A stretch of DNA of 64,000 nucleotides from Deltaproteobacteria bacterium (GTDB lineage: Bacteria; Desulfobacterota; Binatia; UTPRO1). Location: the NCBI GenBank assembly GCA_020852955.1, contig JADYZW010000035.1, forward strand, positions 26,024 through 90,023, in the 5' to 3' direction. Below, piece after piece: positions 28,110 through 38,735 of the stretch (position 1 is its first letter; each line of letters starts with the position of its first letter). Position numbers and translations under genes: made by a program. The notes under the pieces were generated by a model. The model did not search any database. It saw only the letters and a list, made by a program, of their open reading frames with translations, and was not told where the DNA came from.

Positions 28110-30350
28110 ATGCCGACCACGACGAGCCTCCTCACCTGCCCGCTCTGCGAAGCGACCTGCGGCCTCAGCGTCACGACGAACGGCCGGACGGTCGAGGACA
28201 TCCGCGGCGATCGCGCCGACGTCTTCAGCGCCGGCTATCTCTGTCCGAAGGCCTACGCGATGAAGGAGCTCGAAGCCGATCCGGACCGCCTGCGGACGCC
28301 GCTCGTCCGCCGCGCCGGCCGCCTCGTCCCCGCGACCTGGGACGAGGCCTGGGAGGAGGTCGAGCGCGGCCTCGGCGCGGTGCTGCGCGACCACGGACGC
28401 GACGCCGTCGCGGTCTACCTCGGCAACCCGAACGCCCACCACCTCTCCGGGCTCTACGCGCCCGCGCTCATCAAGGCGATCGGCACGCGCAACGTCTACT
28501 CCGCGAGCACCCTCGACCAGATGCCGAAGCAGGTGTCCGCTGGCCTCATGTTCGGCGGCGCGCTTTCGATCCCGGTTCCCGACCTGGACCGCACCGACCA
28601 CCTCCTGGTCCTCGGCGCCAACCCCCTCGCCTCGAACGGCAGCTTGATGACCGCGCCCGACGTGAAGGGGCGCCTGCGGGCCCTGCGCGCGCGCGGCGGC
28701 ACGCTGGTCGTGGTCGATCCCCGCCGGAGCCTGACCGCGCTCGACGCGGACGCGCACCATTGCATCCGTCCGGGGACCGACGCCCACCTGCTCTTCGCGC
28801 TCGTTCATGTGCTCGTCGCCGAGGGCCGCGTCGCGCTCGGCCGCCTCGCCGAGCACGCGGCCGGACTCGCCGAGGTCGAGCGCCTCGCCCGTCCGTTCAC
28901 GCCCGAGGCGGTCGCGAACGTCACCGGCCTCGACGCCGCCGCCATCCGCGGCCTCGCGCGCGATCTCGCGCGGGCGCGCCGGGCCGCCGTCTACGGCCGC
29001 ATCGGCACCTGCACCCAGGAGTTCGGTACGCTCGCGAGCTGGCTCGTCGACGTCCTGAACGTCCTCACGGGCAACCTCGACCGCGAGGGCGGCGCCATGT
29101 TCCCGAAGGCGGCCGCCGGCGCCAAGAACACGACCGGCGCCCCGGGCGTCGGCCGCGGCGTCCGCTTCGGGCGCTTCGCGAGCCGCGTGCGCGGGCTGCC
29201 GGAGGTGTACGGCGAGCTCCCGACGTCGGTGCTCGCCGAGGAGATCGACACCCCCGGCGACGGCCGGATTCGCGGGCTCGTCACGGTCGCCGGCAATCCC
29301 GTCCTGAGCGCGCCGAACGCGGGCCGCCTGCGCGCCGCGCTCGCCACGCTCGACTTCATGGTGAGCGTCGACATCTACCTGAACGAGACCACCCGCCACG
29401 CCCACGTCGTCCTCCCGGCCCCGTCCGCGTTCGAGCGCTCGCACTACGACGTCGCGCTCTACCAGCTGGCCGTGCGGAACGTCGCCCACTACTCGGCGCC
29501 CGTGTTCCCGGTCTCCGACGGCATGCGCGACGAATGGCAGATCCTGCTCACGCTCGGCGCCATCGCGAGCGGCCTGGGCCGCGGCGCCGACGTCGCCGCG
29601 CTCGACGATTTCCTCGTGCACCAGGTGGTCGCACGCGAGGTGGAGACCCCGGGCTCGCCCGTCGAAGGCCGCGACCCCGCCGAGCTGATCGCGGCGCTCG
29701 GCGCGCGCCGGGGGCCGGATCGCGTGCTCGACTTCCTGCTGCGCAGCGGCCCGTACGGCGACGCCTTCGGCCGTCGCGAAGGCGGCGTGAGCCTCGATCT
29801 GCTGGAGCGCCATCCGCATGGCGTCGATCTCGGCCCCCTCCGGCCGCGCATCCCGGAGGTCCTCCGTACTCCGAGCGGCAAGATCGAGCTCGCGCCGCCC
29901 CCGCTGGTCGCCGACGTCGCGCGCCTCGCGGCCACGCTCGACCGCGCGCCCGCGCCGCTCGTGCTCGTCGGCCGGCGCACGCTCCGCTCCAACAACTCGT
30001 GGATGCACAACCTCGACGTCCTCGTGAAGGGCCGCCCGGCGTGCACCCTGCACGTGCATCCCGACGACGCCCGCCGCCTCGGCCTCGCCGACGGCGGCGC
30101 GGCGCGCGTGCGCTCGCGCGTCGGCGCGCTCGAGCTCCCGGTCGAGGTGACCGACGGCATCATGCGGGGCGTGGTGAGCATTCCGCACGGCTGGGGCCAC
30201 GACGACCCCGCGAGCGCCCTCCGCGTGGCCGCGGCGCACGCCGGCGCCAACGCGAATCTGCTGGCGGACGACGCGGCGATCGATCCGCTCTCGGGTAACG
30301 CCGTCCTGAGCGGCATTCCGGTCGCGGTGGAACCGGTGCCGCCCGCATAG
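28110..30350 (+). CDS. molybdopterin-dependent oxidoreductase (BisC/NasA/FdhF-like, monomeric)
   Basis: N-terminal 4Fe-4S motif CPLCEATCG...C. Several MopB molybdopterin-binding domains span about 746 aa. The MPTTTSLLTCPLCEATCG start is typical of this family. Confidence 0.85.
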   Translation: MPTTTSLLTCPLCEATCGLSVTTNGRTVEDIRGDRADVFSAGYLCPKAYAMKELEADPDRLRTPLVRRAGRLVPATWDEAWEEVERGLGAVLRDHGRDAVAVYLGNPNAHHLSGLYAPALIKAIGTRNVYSASTLDQMPKQVSAGLMFGGALSIPVPDLDRTDHLLVLGANPLASNGSLMTAPDVKGRLRALRARGGTLVVVDPRRSLTALDADAHHCIRPGTDAHLLFALVHVLVAEGRVALGRLAEHAAGLAEVERLARPFTPEAVANVTGLDAAAIRGLARDLARARRAAVYGRIGTCTQEFGTLASWLVDVLNVLTGNLDREGGAMFPKAAAGAKNTTGAPGVGRGVRFGRFASRVRGLPEVYGELPTSVLAEEIDTPGDGRIRGLVTVAGNPVLSAPNAGRLRAALATLDFMVSVDIYLNETTRHAHVVLPAPSAFERSHYDVALYQLAVRNVAHYSAPVFPVSDGMRDEWQILLTLGAIASGLGRGADVAALDDFLVHQVVAREVETPGSPVEGRDPAELIAALGARRGPDRVLDFLLRSGPYGDAFGRREGGVSLDLLERHPHGVDLGPLRPRIPEVLRTPSGKIELAPPPLVADVARLAATLDRAPAPLVLVGRRTLRSNNSWMHNLDVLVKGRPACTLHVHPDDARRLGLADGGAARVRSRVGALELPVEVTDGIMRGVVSIPHGWGHDDPASALRVAAAHAGANANLLADDAAIDPLSGNAVLSGIPVAVEPVPPA

Positions 30351-30382
30351 GCGGGCGCCCGGCTTCGCCGCGCGCCCGCGAC

Positions 30383-33300
30383 CTACTTGCAGGCCAGCTT
30401 CGAGGCCCCGGCCGTACACGACGGCACCGACGGCGGGACGAGGAAGCGCACCTCGCCGCACTGATCGGTCCCCGGCATGGCCCCCGGCGGATTGCCGGTA
30501 TCGTTGAGCTCGATGGCCACCGTGATCGGCGACTCGCCCGGCGCGAGCGGATAGCTGCCCCGATCGCCGGTGATCGCGAACGTGACGAGGCCCGGCACCT
30601 TCGCCGACTTGTCCGTCACCACCACCTTCTTGATACCGTTCTGGGACGGCGGCGTCGAAGCCTTGTCCTGGTAGGTGAACTTGCTCGGCGGCGAGCCGGA
30701 TACCTTCCAGCCGACGGGATCCGCCGCGCTATAGATCCCGGCGGGCACGTGTTGGTCAACGACCACGGCTCCGGTCGGCCCGAGCACGCGCAGGTGGATG
30801 CCGCGCGCCTGCGGCGCGATCGGCGAGCCCCCGTTCGGGACGGTGATGGCGCCCGAGATCTTCAGCTTCTGGACCCCCGGCGCCTCGCCGAGCTTGGCGA
30901 ACACCACCTTCGGCTTGATCCAGTCGCCGGCCGTGCCGGGACGCGAGCACGGGTCGCCGGTGCCGATCGCGGGCGGGCGCGCGACCGCGCCGATGCAGTA
31001 GCCGTCGTCGTCGCTGTCGTTGTCGACGTCGGCGGGGCACCGATCCTGCGCCGTGCAAACCCCGTCGCCGTCGGGATCGACGAGCCGGCAGAGCGTCGTG
31101 CAGCACTCGTCGGCCCCGTTGGCGGCGCCGTTGTCGCACTCCTCCCCGCTGTTCTGGACGCCGTTGCCGCAGGCCTCGAGCCGGCAGAGCTGGTCGCAGC
31201 CGTCGCCCGGAACGGTGCCGCCGTCGTCGCACTGCTCGCCCGGATCACGGAAGCCGTCGCCGCAGGTCGCCGGAGCCTCGCGCGTCGAGGGCACGCACAG
31301 CAGCGTCGCCTTCTGCGCCTGCAGGGTCTCGTCCGCGAACTCGTTCGACGCCTGCAACAGGCGCTTCACGAAGGGCCCCTGCCCCGACGCCTGCCGGATC
31401 TTGTAGCAGTGGATCTGCGCGGCGGGGCTGATCGCCGGCACCCCGTCGACGTCGGTCGTGTTGCAGACGCTCTCGGGCTCCAGCACCGTCGCGAGCTTCT
31501 CCTCGAAGACGTCCTGCAGGTGCGCGCTCACCGCGGCGAACTTCGGCGCGCCGGAGGGCGTCTTCGCCGTGTAGCACTTGAAGCGGTCGAGGTTGGGCGC
31601 CGCGGGCGCGCCGGCGTTCCCGGCCGGCACGCAGAGGCGCTTCGCCTTCTTCAGGGTGAGATCCTGACCGCTGCCGAACTCGTTGTCGATCGTCTCGGTG
31701 CTCGACGCGAAGCGCGCCTGCCCGGGAGCGTCCTTGATCTGGTAGCACTGGAGGTGGGCGTTCGGGTCCTGGATGCCCTGCCCGTCCTTGTCGACCGCGT
31801 TACAGAACTCGCTCGTCTTGATGACCCGCGTGCTCTTGGTCTCGACGCCGTCGGCGAGCGTGACGCTGCGTTCGACGAAGGCGGTCGAGCCGGAGGCCTT
31901 CGCGGCCTTGTAGCACTTGTAGTGATCCACGACCGCCGCGGCGGGCGTAGACGTCGCGGTCGGCGTGACGGTCGCGGTCGCGGTGACCGTCGCGGTGCGG
32001 GTCGGCGTGGGCGTGCGGGTGGCGGTCGCGGTGGCGAGCGGCGTCGCCGTCGCCGCCGTGCTCGTCGGCAGGACGGGTGTCGCCGTCCGCGTGCCGAGCG
32101 GAGTCGCCGTGCGGCTCGGGGTCGGCGTCCGCGTCGCGGTCAGCGTCGGCGTCGCCGTGACCGTCGGACACAGGAACTGCGAGCAGGTGGCGTTGCAGCA
32201 CGCGCCGTCGGCGGCCGCGCCCTTGTCGCACATCTCCCCGACCTGGCGGACGCCGTCGCCGCAGACGGGGCAGTTCGGAAACGGACCGCTCGCGACGGGG
32301 TTGTCGATGCGCGCGGGATTGAAGACGACCCCGCCGCCGATCACCGGGTTCACGCCGGGGAGATGGCTGGTCGTGATCGTGCCGCCCGGCGGGGCGACGT
32401 ACTGCGAGCCGCCCCCGAGCTGCATGGCCCGGCGCGAGACGAGCTCCACGTCGGACCCGCCCGGCAGGTTCGTGATCGGGTTCACGCCGCCGGTGCCGTC
32501 GATCTTCACGTTCGACGCGACGCTCACGCCGCAGCCGATGAGCGAGATGCTCTGCCCGCTGCCATGGCCGGTCCCGCTGGTAGCGACGATGTTCTTCTGC
32601 AGCGACAGGATGCCGCTCCCGCCCTCGTCGCTCGCGAGGCCGGCCTCGAGGTCGACGAAGCCGCCTTCGCCGTCGGCGCTCGTGCCGCGCGTCGTGACCA
32701 CGCCGTTCACCGTCGCCGCGCGGCCCGCCGCCATGAGCACGTCGCCGCCGCTGTCCGTGCCGCTGTTGTCGAGCGCCCCCGTGAAGATCAGGTCGCGACC
32801 GGCGCTGAGGTCGAAGCTGCCGCCATCGCCCCCGATGGCGCCGCTGTTCATCGAGATCACGCCGCCGATCTCGAGGTCGCCGTCGAGCGCGCCGAGCACG
32901 TTCGGGTTGAGGTCGCCGCTGTCCATGGTGACCGCGCCGCCGGAGCCGTCGAAGTTGGTCGCCGCGTCGACCCGGACGACCATGCCGGCGCCGAAGAAGC
33001 GGATCCGACCGGCGGCGAGAACGTCGAGCTCCCCGCCGTCGCCGCCGAACGTGTCGGTCGCGCTGCCGCGCATCAGCAGCGACGCGCCGTTCACGTCGAT
33101 GCCACCGCCGAGGACGCTGCCGCCGAGGAAGTCCTCGCCGGCGTCGAGGGAGATGTAGCCGCCGAAGCCGCCGCCGACCGTACTGTCGGCGTAGATGCCC
33201 CCATTCACGATCGAGATGGCGTCGCCCACGGTGGCGCTGAACTCGCCGCCGTCGCCGCCGCCGCCGTTCACGTTGATCGGCCGGGTGATGGTCAGATTCC

Positions 33301-33982
33301 CGCCCGCCGTGAAGTCGCAGACGCCGCCGGTCCCGGCGTTCTGGCCGGAGAGGTTGATGTCGCCGCCGATCGTGATGCTCCCGTCCTGGGCGACGACGTC
33401 GAGCTCGCCGCCGTCGGTGAAGCGGTCCCCGAGATCCGCGAAGCTGCTCATGCCGGGCCCGTCGATCACCGCACCGGGCTGCAGCACGACGTCCTCGGCC
33501 GCCACCAGGCGGATGGTGCCGGCCGAGTCGCCGGCCACGTCGATGTTGCCGTCGATGTCGATGGTGCCGGTGCTGGCAAGCGACACGACGCCGCCGCCGA
33601 TGATGAATCCGTTCGGCTTCACGAAATCGCCCCGCGCCTTCAGCTTGCCGGTCGACGTGATCGTGATGTCGCCCGCGTTGATCACCCGGATGAAGCCGAG
33701 CCCCGTCATCTGGAAGGTCTTCTCGATGCTGAGGGCGCGCCCGCCGAGATCGAACTCGCACCCGCCAGCCGTGACCTCGATCGCCGTGGTCATGCGGACC
33801 AGCGTCGCGGAGCACACCCCCGTTCCGCAGAGCACGTTCGTCGTGTTGGCGAGGGCGTCGACCCCGCAGGTCCGGGCGACCGCGGACGCGCGGGTCGGCG
33901 CGGCGAGGATCGCGGCCGCGACGGCGGCGAGCAGCAACAGCGCGGGACGCCCGGACGACCGGGGCTCGTGGTTGGGATTCAC
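30383..33982 (-). CDS. giant secreted/cell-surface protein (Gly-rich beta-helix repeats, Myxococcus Cys-rich repeats, tandem KCY domains)
   Basis: Predicted signal peptide ([27 protein letters not shown]), with a GTG start chosen at VNPNHE. There are about 600 aa of GGxGGDGG-type repeats, a [18 protein letters not shown] Cys-rich repeat, a PT-rich linker, and two roughly 105-aa repeats (DHYKCYK..., DRFKCYT..., ...HCYKIRQ). Further CGDGF...EQCDDGG / CGNGV...EECDNG repeats and a C-terminal domain follow. Confidence 0.7.
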   Translation of the reverse strand: MNPNHEPRSSGRPALLLLAAVAAAILAAPTRASAVARTCGVDALANTTNVLCGTGVCSATLVRMTTAIEVTAGGCEFDLGGRALSIEKTFQMTGLGFIRVINAGDITITSTGKLKARGDFVKPNGFIIGGGVVSLASTGTIDIDGNIDVAGDSAGTIRLVAAEDVVLQPGAVIDGPGMSSFADLGDRFTDGGELDVVAQDGSITIGGDINLSGQNAGTGGVCDFTAGGNLTITRPINVNGGGGDGGEFSATVGDAISIVNGGIYADSTVGGGFGGYISLDAGEDFLGGSVLGGGIDVNGASLLMRGSATDTFGGDGGELDVLAAGRIRFFGAGMVVRVDAATNFDGSGGAVTMDSGDLNPNVLGALDGDLEIGGVISMNSGAIGGDGGSFDLSAGRDLIFTGALDNSGTDSGGDVLMAAGRAATVNGVVTTRGTSADGEGGFVDLEAGLASDEGGSGILSLQKNIVATSGTGHGSGQSISLIGCGVSVASNVKIDGTGGVNPITNLPGGSDVELVSRRAMQLGGGSQYVAPPGGTITTSHLPGVNPVIGGGVVFNPARIDNPVASGPFPNCPVCGDGVRQVGEMCDKGAAADGACCNATCSQFLCPTVTATPTLTATRTPTPSRTATPLGTRTATPVLPTSTAATATPLATATATRTPTPTRTATVTATATVTPTATSTPAAAVVDHYKCYKAAKASGSTAFVERSVTLADGVETKSTRVIKTSEFCNAVDKDGQGIQDPNAHLQCYQIKDAPGQARFASSTETIDNEFGSGQDLTLKKAKRLCVPAGNAGAPAAPNLDRFKCYTAKTPSGAPKFAAVSAHLQDVFEEKLATVLEPESVCNTTDVDGVPAISPAAQIHCYKIRQASGQGPFVKRLLQASNEFADETLQAQKATLLCVPSTREAPATCGDGFRDPGEQCDDGGTVPGDGCDQLCRLEACGNGVQNSGEECDNGAANGADECCTTLCRLVDPDGDGVCTAQDRCPADVDNDSDDDGYCIGAVARPPAIGTGDPCSRPGTAGDWIKPKVVFAKLGEAPGVQKLKISGAITVPNGGSPIAPQARGIHLRVLGPTGAVVVDQHVPAGIYSAADPVGWKVSGSPPSKFTYQDKASTPPSQNGIKKVVVTDKSAKVPGLVTFAITGDRGSYPLAPGESPITVAIELNDTGNPPGAMPGTDQCGEVRFLVPPSVPSCTAGASKLACK
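31935..32170 (-). repeat. coding Pro/Thr-rich low-complexity repeat (TPT/TRT units)
   Basis: Encodes [22 protein letters not shown]...[26 protein letters not shown] on the minus strand. It is the same family as 18538..18874. Confidence 0.7.
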
Positions 33983-34145
33983 GACATGCGCTCCTTCCAG
34001 ATAACGCGAAGACTCCGATGCAGAGAGGCCGGAACGCGGATTATGCGGGCAGGGCAAATCCCCGGTCAAATGGAAATCTTCGGCGGCCGCGGCGGCTTGA
34101 GCGGCCGGGGCGCGGCGCGTATGAGCGGTAGCGCGAGGCGGCACC

Positions 34146-35150
34146 GTGGAGAGCGCACCGAAGCCAGACTTTCGCATCGTGTTCCGGGCTGCCAGCCTTC
34201 TGAACTCGTCCCTCGACCTCGACGTCGTCCTGCGCGAGCTCCTGGACGGCCTCGACCGCCTCCTGCGCCCGACCCATTGGTCGCTGCTGCTCCGCGACGA
34301 CGCGACGGGCGAGCTCGTGTTCACGCTCGTCCGTGGCGACGCCCACCCGCAGCTCCTCGCACGCCGCCTCGCACCGGAGGAGGGCATCGCGGGCTGGGTC
34401 GCGAGCCACGACGAAGCGCTCCTGATCCCCGACGTCGCCGCCGACCCGCGCTTCTCCGCCCGCATGGACACGCTCTCGGGCTTCCGCACCCGCTCCGTCG
34501 TGGCAGTGCCGCTCAGGGCGCGGGCCCGCTGCATCGGCGTCCTCGAGATCGTGAACGCCATGCACGAGCGGGTCTTCGACGCCACCGACCTCGAGATCCT
34601 GCAGAGCTACGCCGACTTCGCCGCCATCGCCATCCACAATGCCCGCACCCACGAGGCGATCGTGGAGCTCGCCAAGAACGATCCGCTGACGGGCCTGCGA
34701 AACTCCCAGTACTTCATTCGCGCCATCGAGGAAGCCATCGCGCGCGGCGGGCGCTTCGCGATCGTGTTCTTCGACATGGACCGCTTCAAGCGGCTCGTCG
34801 ACACGCACGGCCACGTGCGGGGCAGCGCCGCCCTCGCGGAGGTCGGCCGCTGGCTCGGCGCCGAGCTCGCGCCCGGCGAGGTCGGCTGCCGCTTCGGCGG
34901 TGACGAGTTCGCGCTCCTCTTCGCCGGTGCCGACCGCGCCGCGGCCGACACCCGCTGCCGGGATCTCGCGACCCGACTCCTCGCCCGCACGTTCCTCGAC
35001 GACGAAGGCATCCACGCGACGCTTGGCGCCTCCTTCGGCGCGGCGGCGTTCCCGGCCGACGGCGGCACGCCAGCTGCGCTCCTCCATCTCGCCGACGAGC
35101 GCATGTACGCGTCGAAGCGCGCGCGGCAGCTGGCGCGGCGCGCCGACTGA
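34146..35150 (+). CDS. GAF-domain diguanylate cyclase (GGDEF)
   Basis: N-terminal GAF domain, then a GGDEF domain with an intact RFGGDEF active-site motif and an upstream I-site-like RxxD. The track ORF begins with GTG, so the start is uncertain. Confidence 0.8.
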   Translation: MESAPKPDFRIVFRAASLLNSSLDLDVVLRELLDGLDRLLRPTHWSLLLRDDATGELVFTLVRGDAHPQLLARRLAPEEGIAGWVASHDEALLIPDVAADPRFSARMDTLSGFRTRSVVAVPLRARARCIGVLEIVNAMHERVFDATDLEILQSYADFAAIAIHNARTHEAIVELAKNDPLTGLRNSQYFIRAIEEAIARGGRFAIVFFDMDRFKRLVDTHGHVRGSAALAEVGRWLGAELAPGEVGCRFGGDEFALLFAGADRAAADTRCRDLATRLLARTFLDDEGIHATLGASFGAAAFPADGGTPAALLHLADERMYASKRARQLARRAD

Positions 35151-35213
35151 CCCGCCCGCGCGGCGCGCGCGCTCGTGCTGGCCCGCGCCCGACCCGTCGC
35201 GTAGGGTTCCCCC

Positions 35214-36572
35214 ATGCACCCGGATCGCAGGCCGCGCGCGTCCGCGGGGTCGTCCACGACGACGCCGGTCGTCCTCTCCGGCGGGCGGCGCCCGGCCGCG
35301 GCCCCGCGCCGCACCTACGTCGGCGCCGTGTCGCTGGGCGTCGCGGTGGCCGGCGCCGCCGCCGCGCGGGCGGCGCTCGCGTACGGCGCCGCCGACACGC
35401 TACCCTGGCTGCCGATCCTGGCCGCCGGCTTCGAGGCGGCGATGGTGGGCGGGATCGCCGACTGGTTCGCGGTGACGGCCCTCTTCCGCCATCCGCTCGG
35501 CCTCCCGATCCCGCACACGGCGCTCGTCGTCGAGCGCCGCGACAAGCTCGTCGACGGCATCGTCGCCACCGTCCAGGACGAGTGGCTGTCGCCGGAGGTG
35601 ATCGGCGCCAAGCTCACGGCGTTCGCGCCGAGCGCGGTCGTGATCGACTGGCTCCGCGATCCCGAGCACGTCGGCCGCCTCGGCGGCCCGGTGCGCGACG
35701 TGCTCCGCGGCGCGGCCCGCCTCCTCACCGAGCCCGAGGTCGCGGCGTTCGCGGAACGAACGATCCGCCGGGAGCTCGGCGCCCTGCCGGTCGACGCGGT
35801 CGGGCGCTTCCTCGCCGCCGCCGACGCGAGCGCCAGCGCGCAGGCCACCTTCACGAGCGCCGCGCTCTCGATCGCGAACCTCGCCGATCGCCCCCGCACG
35901 GCGGAGGACCTGCGCTTCTGGCTCGATCGCTCCGCCGCGACCCTGCGCGCCGGCGGCAAGCGCCTCGTCCCCATGCTGCTGCAACGGCGTCTCGTGCAGC
36001 GCAAGCTCGTCGAGGCGATCTGCAGCTACGCCGCCGCCGAGCTACGCGCCGCGGCGGCCGACCACGACCATCCCCTGCGCGAGGCGGTCTTCGGCGCGAT
36101 CCGCGGCTTCGGCGAGCGCATCGTCGCCCATGACGAGCGGGCGCTCGCGCAGGCGGACGGGATTCGTCGCGCGCTGCTGGAGTCGATGGACGCCGATCCG
36201 CTGGTCCAGAGCGCGCTCGCGCAGCTACGGCGACAGCTGGAGGAGGATCTCGTGAACGACGCGAGCGCCCTCTCCGACCTCGTCGATCGGCGCCTGCGGA
36301 CAACGATCGTCGCCTGGCTCGACGACCCCGAGCGGCGCGCCTGGTTCGACGACTGGGTGCGGACGATGAGCCGGGAGCTCCTGTGCCGGCACCATCATCA
36401 AATCGGCCGCACGGTACGCGACTATCTCGACAACCTGAACGACGCGGAGCTCGTCGAGCGCATCGAGGCGCGCGTCGGCGCCGACCTCCAGTACATCCGC
36501 CTGAACGGCGCCGTCATCGGCGGCCTGGTCGGCGTCCTGCTCGCCGTGCTGCACGCCGTGTTCGGCCGGTAG
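35214..36572 (+). CDS. DUF445-family membrane-associated protein
   Basis: The N-terminal GGIADWFAVTALFRHPLGLPIPHTALV and C-terminal YIRLNGAVIGGLVG segments are characteristic of the DUF445/YjiN-like family. Confidence 0.7.
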   Translation: MHPDRRPRASAGSSTTTPVVLSGGRRPAAAPRRTYVGAVSLGVAVAGAAAARAALAYGAADTLPWLPILAAGFEAAMVGGIADWFAVTALFRHPLGLPIPHTALVVERRDKLVDGIVATVQDEWLSPEVIGAKLTAFAPSAVVIDWLRDPEHVGRLGGPVRDVLRGAARLLTEPEVAAFAERTIRRELGALPVDAVGRFLAAADASASAQATFTSAALSIANLADRPRTAEDLRFWLDRSAATLRAGGKRLVPMLLQRRLVQRKLVEAICSYAAAELRAAAADHDHPLREAVFGAIRGFGERIVAHDERALAQADGIRRALLESMDADPLVQSALAQLRRQLEEDLVNDASALSDLVDRRLRTTIVAWLDDPERRAWFDDWVRTMSRELLCRHHHQIGRTVRDYLDNLNDAELVERIEARVGADLQYIRLNGAVIGGLVGVLLAVLHAVFGR

Positions 36573-36603
36573 CGCGGGCGGCGCCCGCACCGGCGGGCGA
36601 GCG
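36573..36603. terminator. candidate bidirectional intrinsic terminator hairpin
   Basis: GC-rich inverted repeat (gtagcgc...gcccgc-acc-ggcgggc...gcgctac) between convergent genes (DUF445 + / yfbR -). Confidence 0.3.
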
Positions 36604-37185
36604 CTACTGGTTCAGCTCGTCGAGCGTCATCGAGAAGCTCGGCGCAAACGTGTCCAGGAAGTAGCGCACCTCGGGCGCGGCGAGCGCACGGACGTCGCGC
36701 TCGACCACCTGCGCGGCCTTCCGGAAGTCGTCGTTCCCGGCCCGCAGCTCCTCCAGACATTTCAAATAGGCGGTGAGCTTGTCGGCCGCCTTCACGATCG
36801 CCCACTCCTCGGCGTCGGCCTCCTCCGGGAACAGCAGCGCGGTGAAGCTCGGCGCGAGCTCGGTCGGCAGCATGCCCGTCAGGCGCTCGTTGGCGATGTC
36901 CTCGATCACCCGGTGCGCCGCCCGGATCTCCGGATTGAAATGCTTGATGGGCGCGACGACGTCGCCGGTGATGACCTCGGCGGCGTCGTGATAGAGGGCG
37001 AGCGTCGCCGCCCGCTCGGGCCGGACGTTGCCGCCGAAGCGCGCGTTGCGGATCACCGCGAGCGCGTGCGCCAGCATCGCGACCTGGAGGCTGTGCTCCT
37101 GCAGGTTCTCGACGTGGGTGTTCCGCATGAGACCCCACCGCTTCACGAAGCGCATGCGGGCGAGATACGCGAAGAAGTGGCTCAT
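36604..37185 (-). CDS. yfbR: HD-domain 5'-deoxynucleotidase YfbR
   Basis: 193 aa. HD motif (LYHDAAEVITGDV) and overall YfbR-like sequence (MSHFFAYLARMRFVKRW...NTHVENLQEHSLQVA). Confidence 0.85.
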   Translation of the reverse strand: MSHFFAYLARMRFVKRWGLMRNTHVENLQEHSLQVAMLAHALAVIRNARFGGNVRPERAATLALYHDAAEVITGDVVAPIKHFNPEIRAAHRVIEDIANERLTGMLPTELAPSFTALLFPEEADAEEWAIVKAADKLTAYLKCLEELRAGNDDFRKAAQVVERDVRALAAPEVRYFLDTFAPSFSMTLDELNQ

Positions 37186-37361
37186 GCGGCGGTCCTCCTC
37201 GATCGGCCGAGCCTAACCACAGCGCCCCGCCGCGCGCCAGGCGTGGGACAACCGTTGCCGGTGCGGCGGCGCCCCCGCCGCTGGGCCCGGGCTCCCCGAC
37301 GTCCCGGCGCCGGCCGGGCGCGCCGCGCCGCGCGTCGCCACTCACGCCGCGCCGTGCGCCG

Positions 37362-38294
37362 CTACTCGCGCCGCGCGTGGGCGCGGAAGAACTCGAGGAT
37401 GCGCGCCGTCGCGTCGCTCGGCCAGGTGTGCCCCTGCGCGCCCGTACAGACGACCACGTCGGCCGCGCAGCCCGCCGCCGCGCGACACCCGGCGGCGGCC
37501 GGGCCCTCCGCGCCCTCGTCGCAGCCGTTCGCACGCCGCCACCAGGCGGCGGCGCCGGTCGTGAGCCGCGGCGGCACGACCCGGTCGGCCGCGCCGTGGA
37601 AGAAGAGCATCGGCACCGGCCCGGCGGGCGCGCACTCGTCGAGCGGCCGCGCCCCGGCGACCGGCGCCGCCGCGGCGATCCGCCCGCCGAGCGTGCAGGC
37701 CAGGAGGTTCGCGAAGAAGCCGCCGTTCGAGAAGCCGGTCGCGTAGACGCGCCGCCGATCCACGCAGCGCTCGGCGGCGAGCGCGTCGAGCAGCTCCGCC
37801 ACGAAGGCGGTGTCGCGCCTGTCGCCCGGCGCGACGTCCCAGCCGCGCCCGACGCCGCCGAGGAGGCGCACGTCGTCGCGGCCGTCGGCGTGCACCGCGA
37901 TGTAGTCGCCGTGCGCCGCCCCCGCGACGAAGCCCGCGCCGGCGCGGAGGCCGGCGGCCGAATGGCGGAAGCCGTGGAAGACGAGCACCACGGGACGCGG
38001 CTCATCGCCCGGCCCCTCCGCCGCGTCGACGAGATAGCGCCGCCTCTCGCCGCCGACCGTGACCTCGCGCGCAGCGCCGACGAGAGCGGGTGCGGTCCCG
38101 ACGCGACACCCCGCGGCGGCGCCCGGCGCGGCGGGCGTCGGCGACCCGGGACCGCCAGCCTCGGGCGCCGTCGACGGCCGACACGCCGCGACCACCGCCG
38201 CCGCCAGCGCCAGCGCGAGCGCCCGGCGGCCGGCCAGGCGGCGCGCCGTCCGGGCGCGGGCGCACCGGAAGGATCGCGCCCGGCCGCCGCTCAG
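37362..38294 (-). CDS. PHB-depolymerase-family esterase lipoprotein (LpqC-like)
   Basis: GFSNGG nucleophile elbow, conserved FHG and GC...C pattern, and a lipobox-like LALAAAVVAAC. There is no ATG/GTG/TTG near the expected start. The 5' end therefore butts against or overlaps the rhodanese gene, and the start is unresolved (a CTG lies at about 38294). Confidence 0.55.
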   Translation of the reverse strand: MSGGRARSFRCARARTARRLAGRRALALALAAAVVAACRPSTAPEAGGPGSPTPAAPGAAAGCRVGTAPALVGAAREVTVGGERRRYLVDAAEGPGDEPRPVVLVFHGFRHSAAGLRAGAGFVAGAAHGDYIAVHADGRDDVRLLGGVGRGWDVAPGDRRDTAFVAELLDALAAERCVDRRRVYATGFSNGGFFANLLACTLGGRIAAAAPVAGARPLDECAPAGPVPMLFFHGAADRVVPPRLTTGAAAWWRRANGCDEGAEGPAAAGCRAAAGCAADVVVCTGAQGHTWPSDATARILEFFRAHARRE

Positions 38295-38680
38295 CCGCGC
38301 TCGAGGACGCCCCGCCACGCCGCGATCCCCTCGACGACGTTGTGGACGTCGCCACGGCCCCGCCACACGAGGTAGGCGGTCGCATCGAGGGAGCGGACGC
38401 CGTGCTCGCAGTGGACGACGAGCGGACCGGGGAGCGCGAGCACCTCGTCGATCCGCTCGACGAGCGCGTGGAGCGGCACGAGCCGCGCGCCCGGCAGACG
38501 GTGCGAGCGGAACTCGCCCTCGGTCCGCACGTCGACGATCGAGCACGCCCGGCCCGCGGCGAGCCAGGACGCGAGCTCGGCGCAGTGGAGCGGCCGCACC
38601 TCGGCGGCGCACGCCGCGAGCTCGCCCGCCGTCGGGCGGGCGTCCGGATCGCGCGCCGTCACGCGCCGATCCCATCCCAC
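38291..38680 (-). CDS. single-domain rhodanese-like sulfurtransferase
   Basis: 129 aa with a rhodanese fold and an active-site loop (CEHGVRS). Confidence 0.7.
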   Translation of the reverse strand: MGWDRRVTARDPDARPTAGELAACAAEVRPLHCAELASWLAAGRACSIVDVRTEGEFRSHRLPGARLVPLHALVERIDEVLALPGPLVVHCEHGVRSLDATAYLVWRGRGDVHNVVEGIAAWRGVLERG

Positions 38681-38735
38681 GAGGTCGCGTCCCGCCTCGA
38701 TCGCGCCCTCGCGCGCGGATCATCCACTCGCGCGA

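Noticed and set aside
28080-30461. 793-aa minus ORF antisense to the molybdopterin oxidoreductase, and nested 28760..30298 (+)
   Set aside because: The sense frame has the Fe-S motif and MopB domains. These are artefacts.
33983-34177. Upstream ATG (MRKSG, about 34177) as the start of the giant protein
   Set aside because: It would put about 65 non-signal residues before the signal peptide and overlap the divergent GGDEF gene start. The GTG at 33982 gives a proper signal peptide and a 164-bp divergent promoter region.
30749-34903. 1384-aa plus ORF antisense to the giant surface protein, and 31800..33815 (-) / 34041..35219 (-) alternates
   Set aside because: Antisense or out-of-frame to supported genes, including the GGDEF gene.
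37362-38723. Treating the whole 453-aa minus ORF as the esterase gene, or fusing it with the rhodanese as one frameshifted gene
   Set aside because: The upstream 140 codons fully overlap the rhodanese gene in another frame and are Arg/Gly-rich artefact. Rhodanese and esterase are unrelated folds, so a fusion is unlikely.
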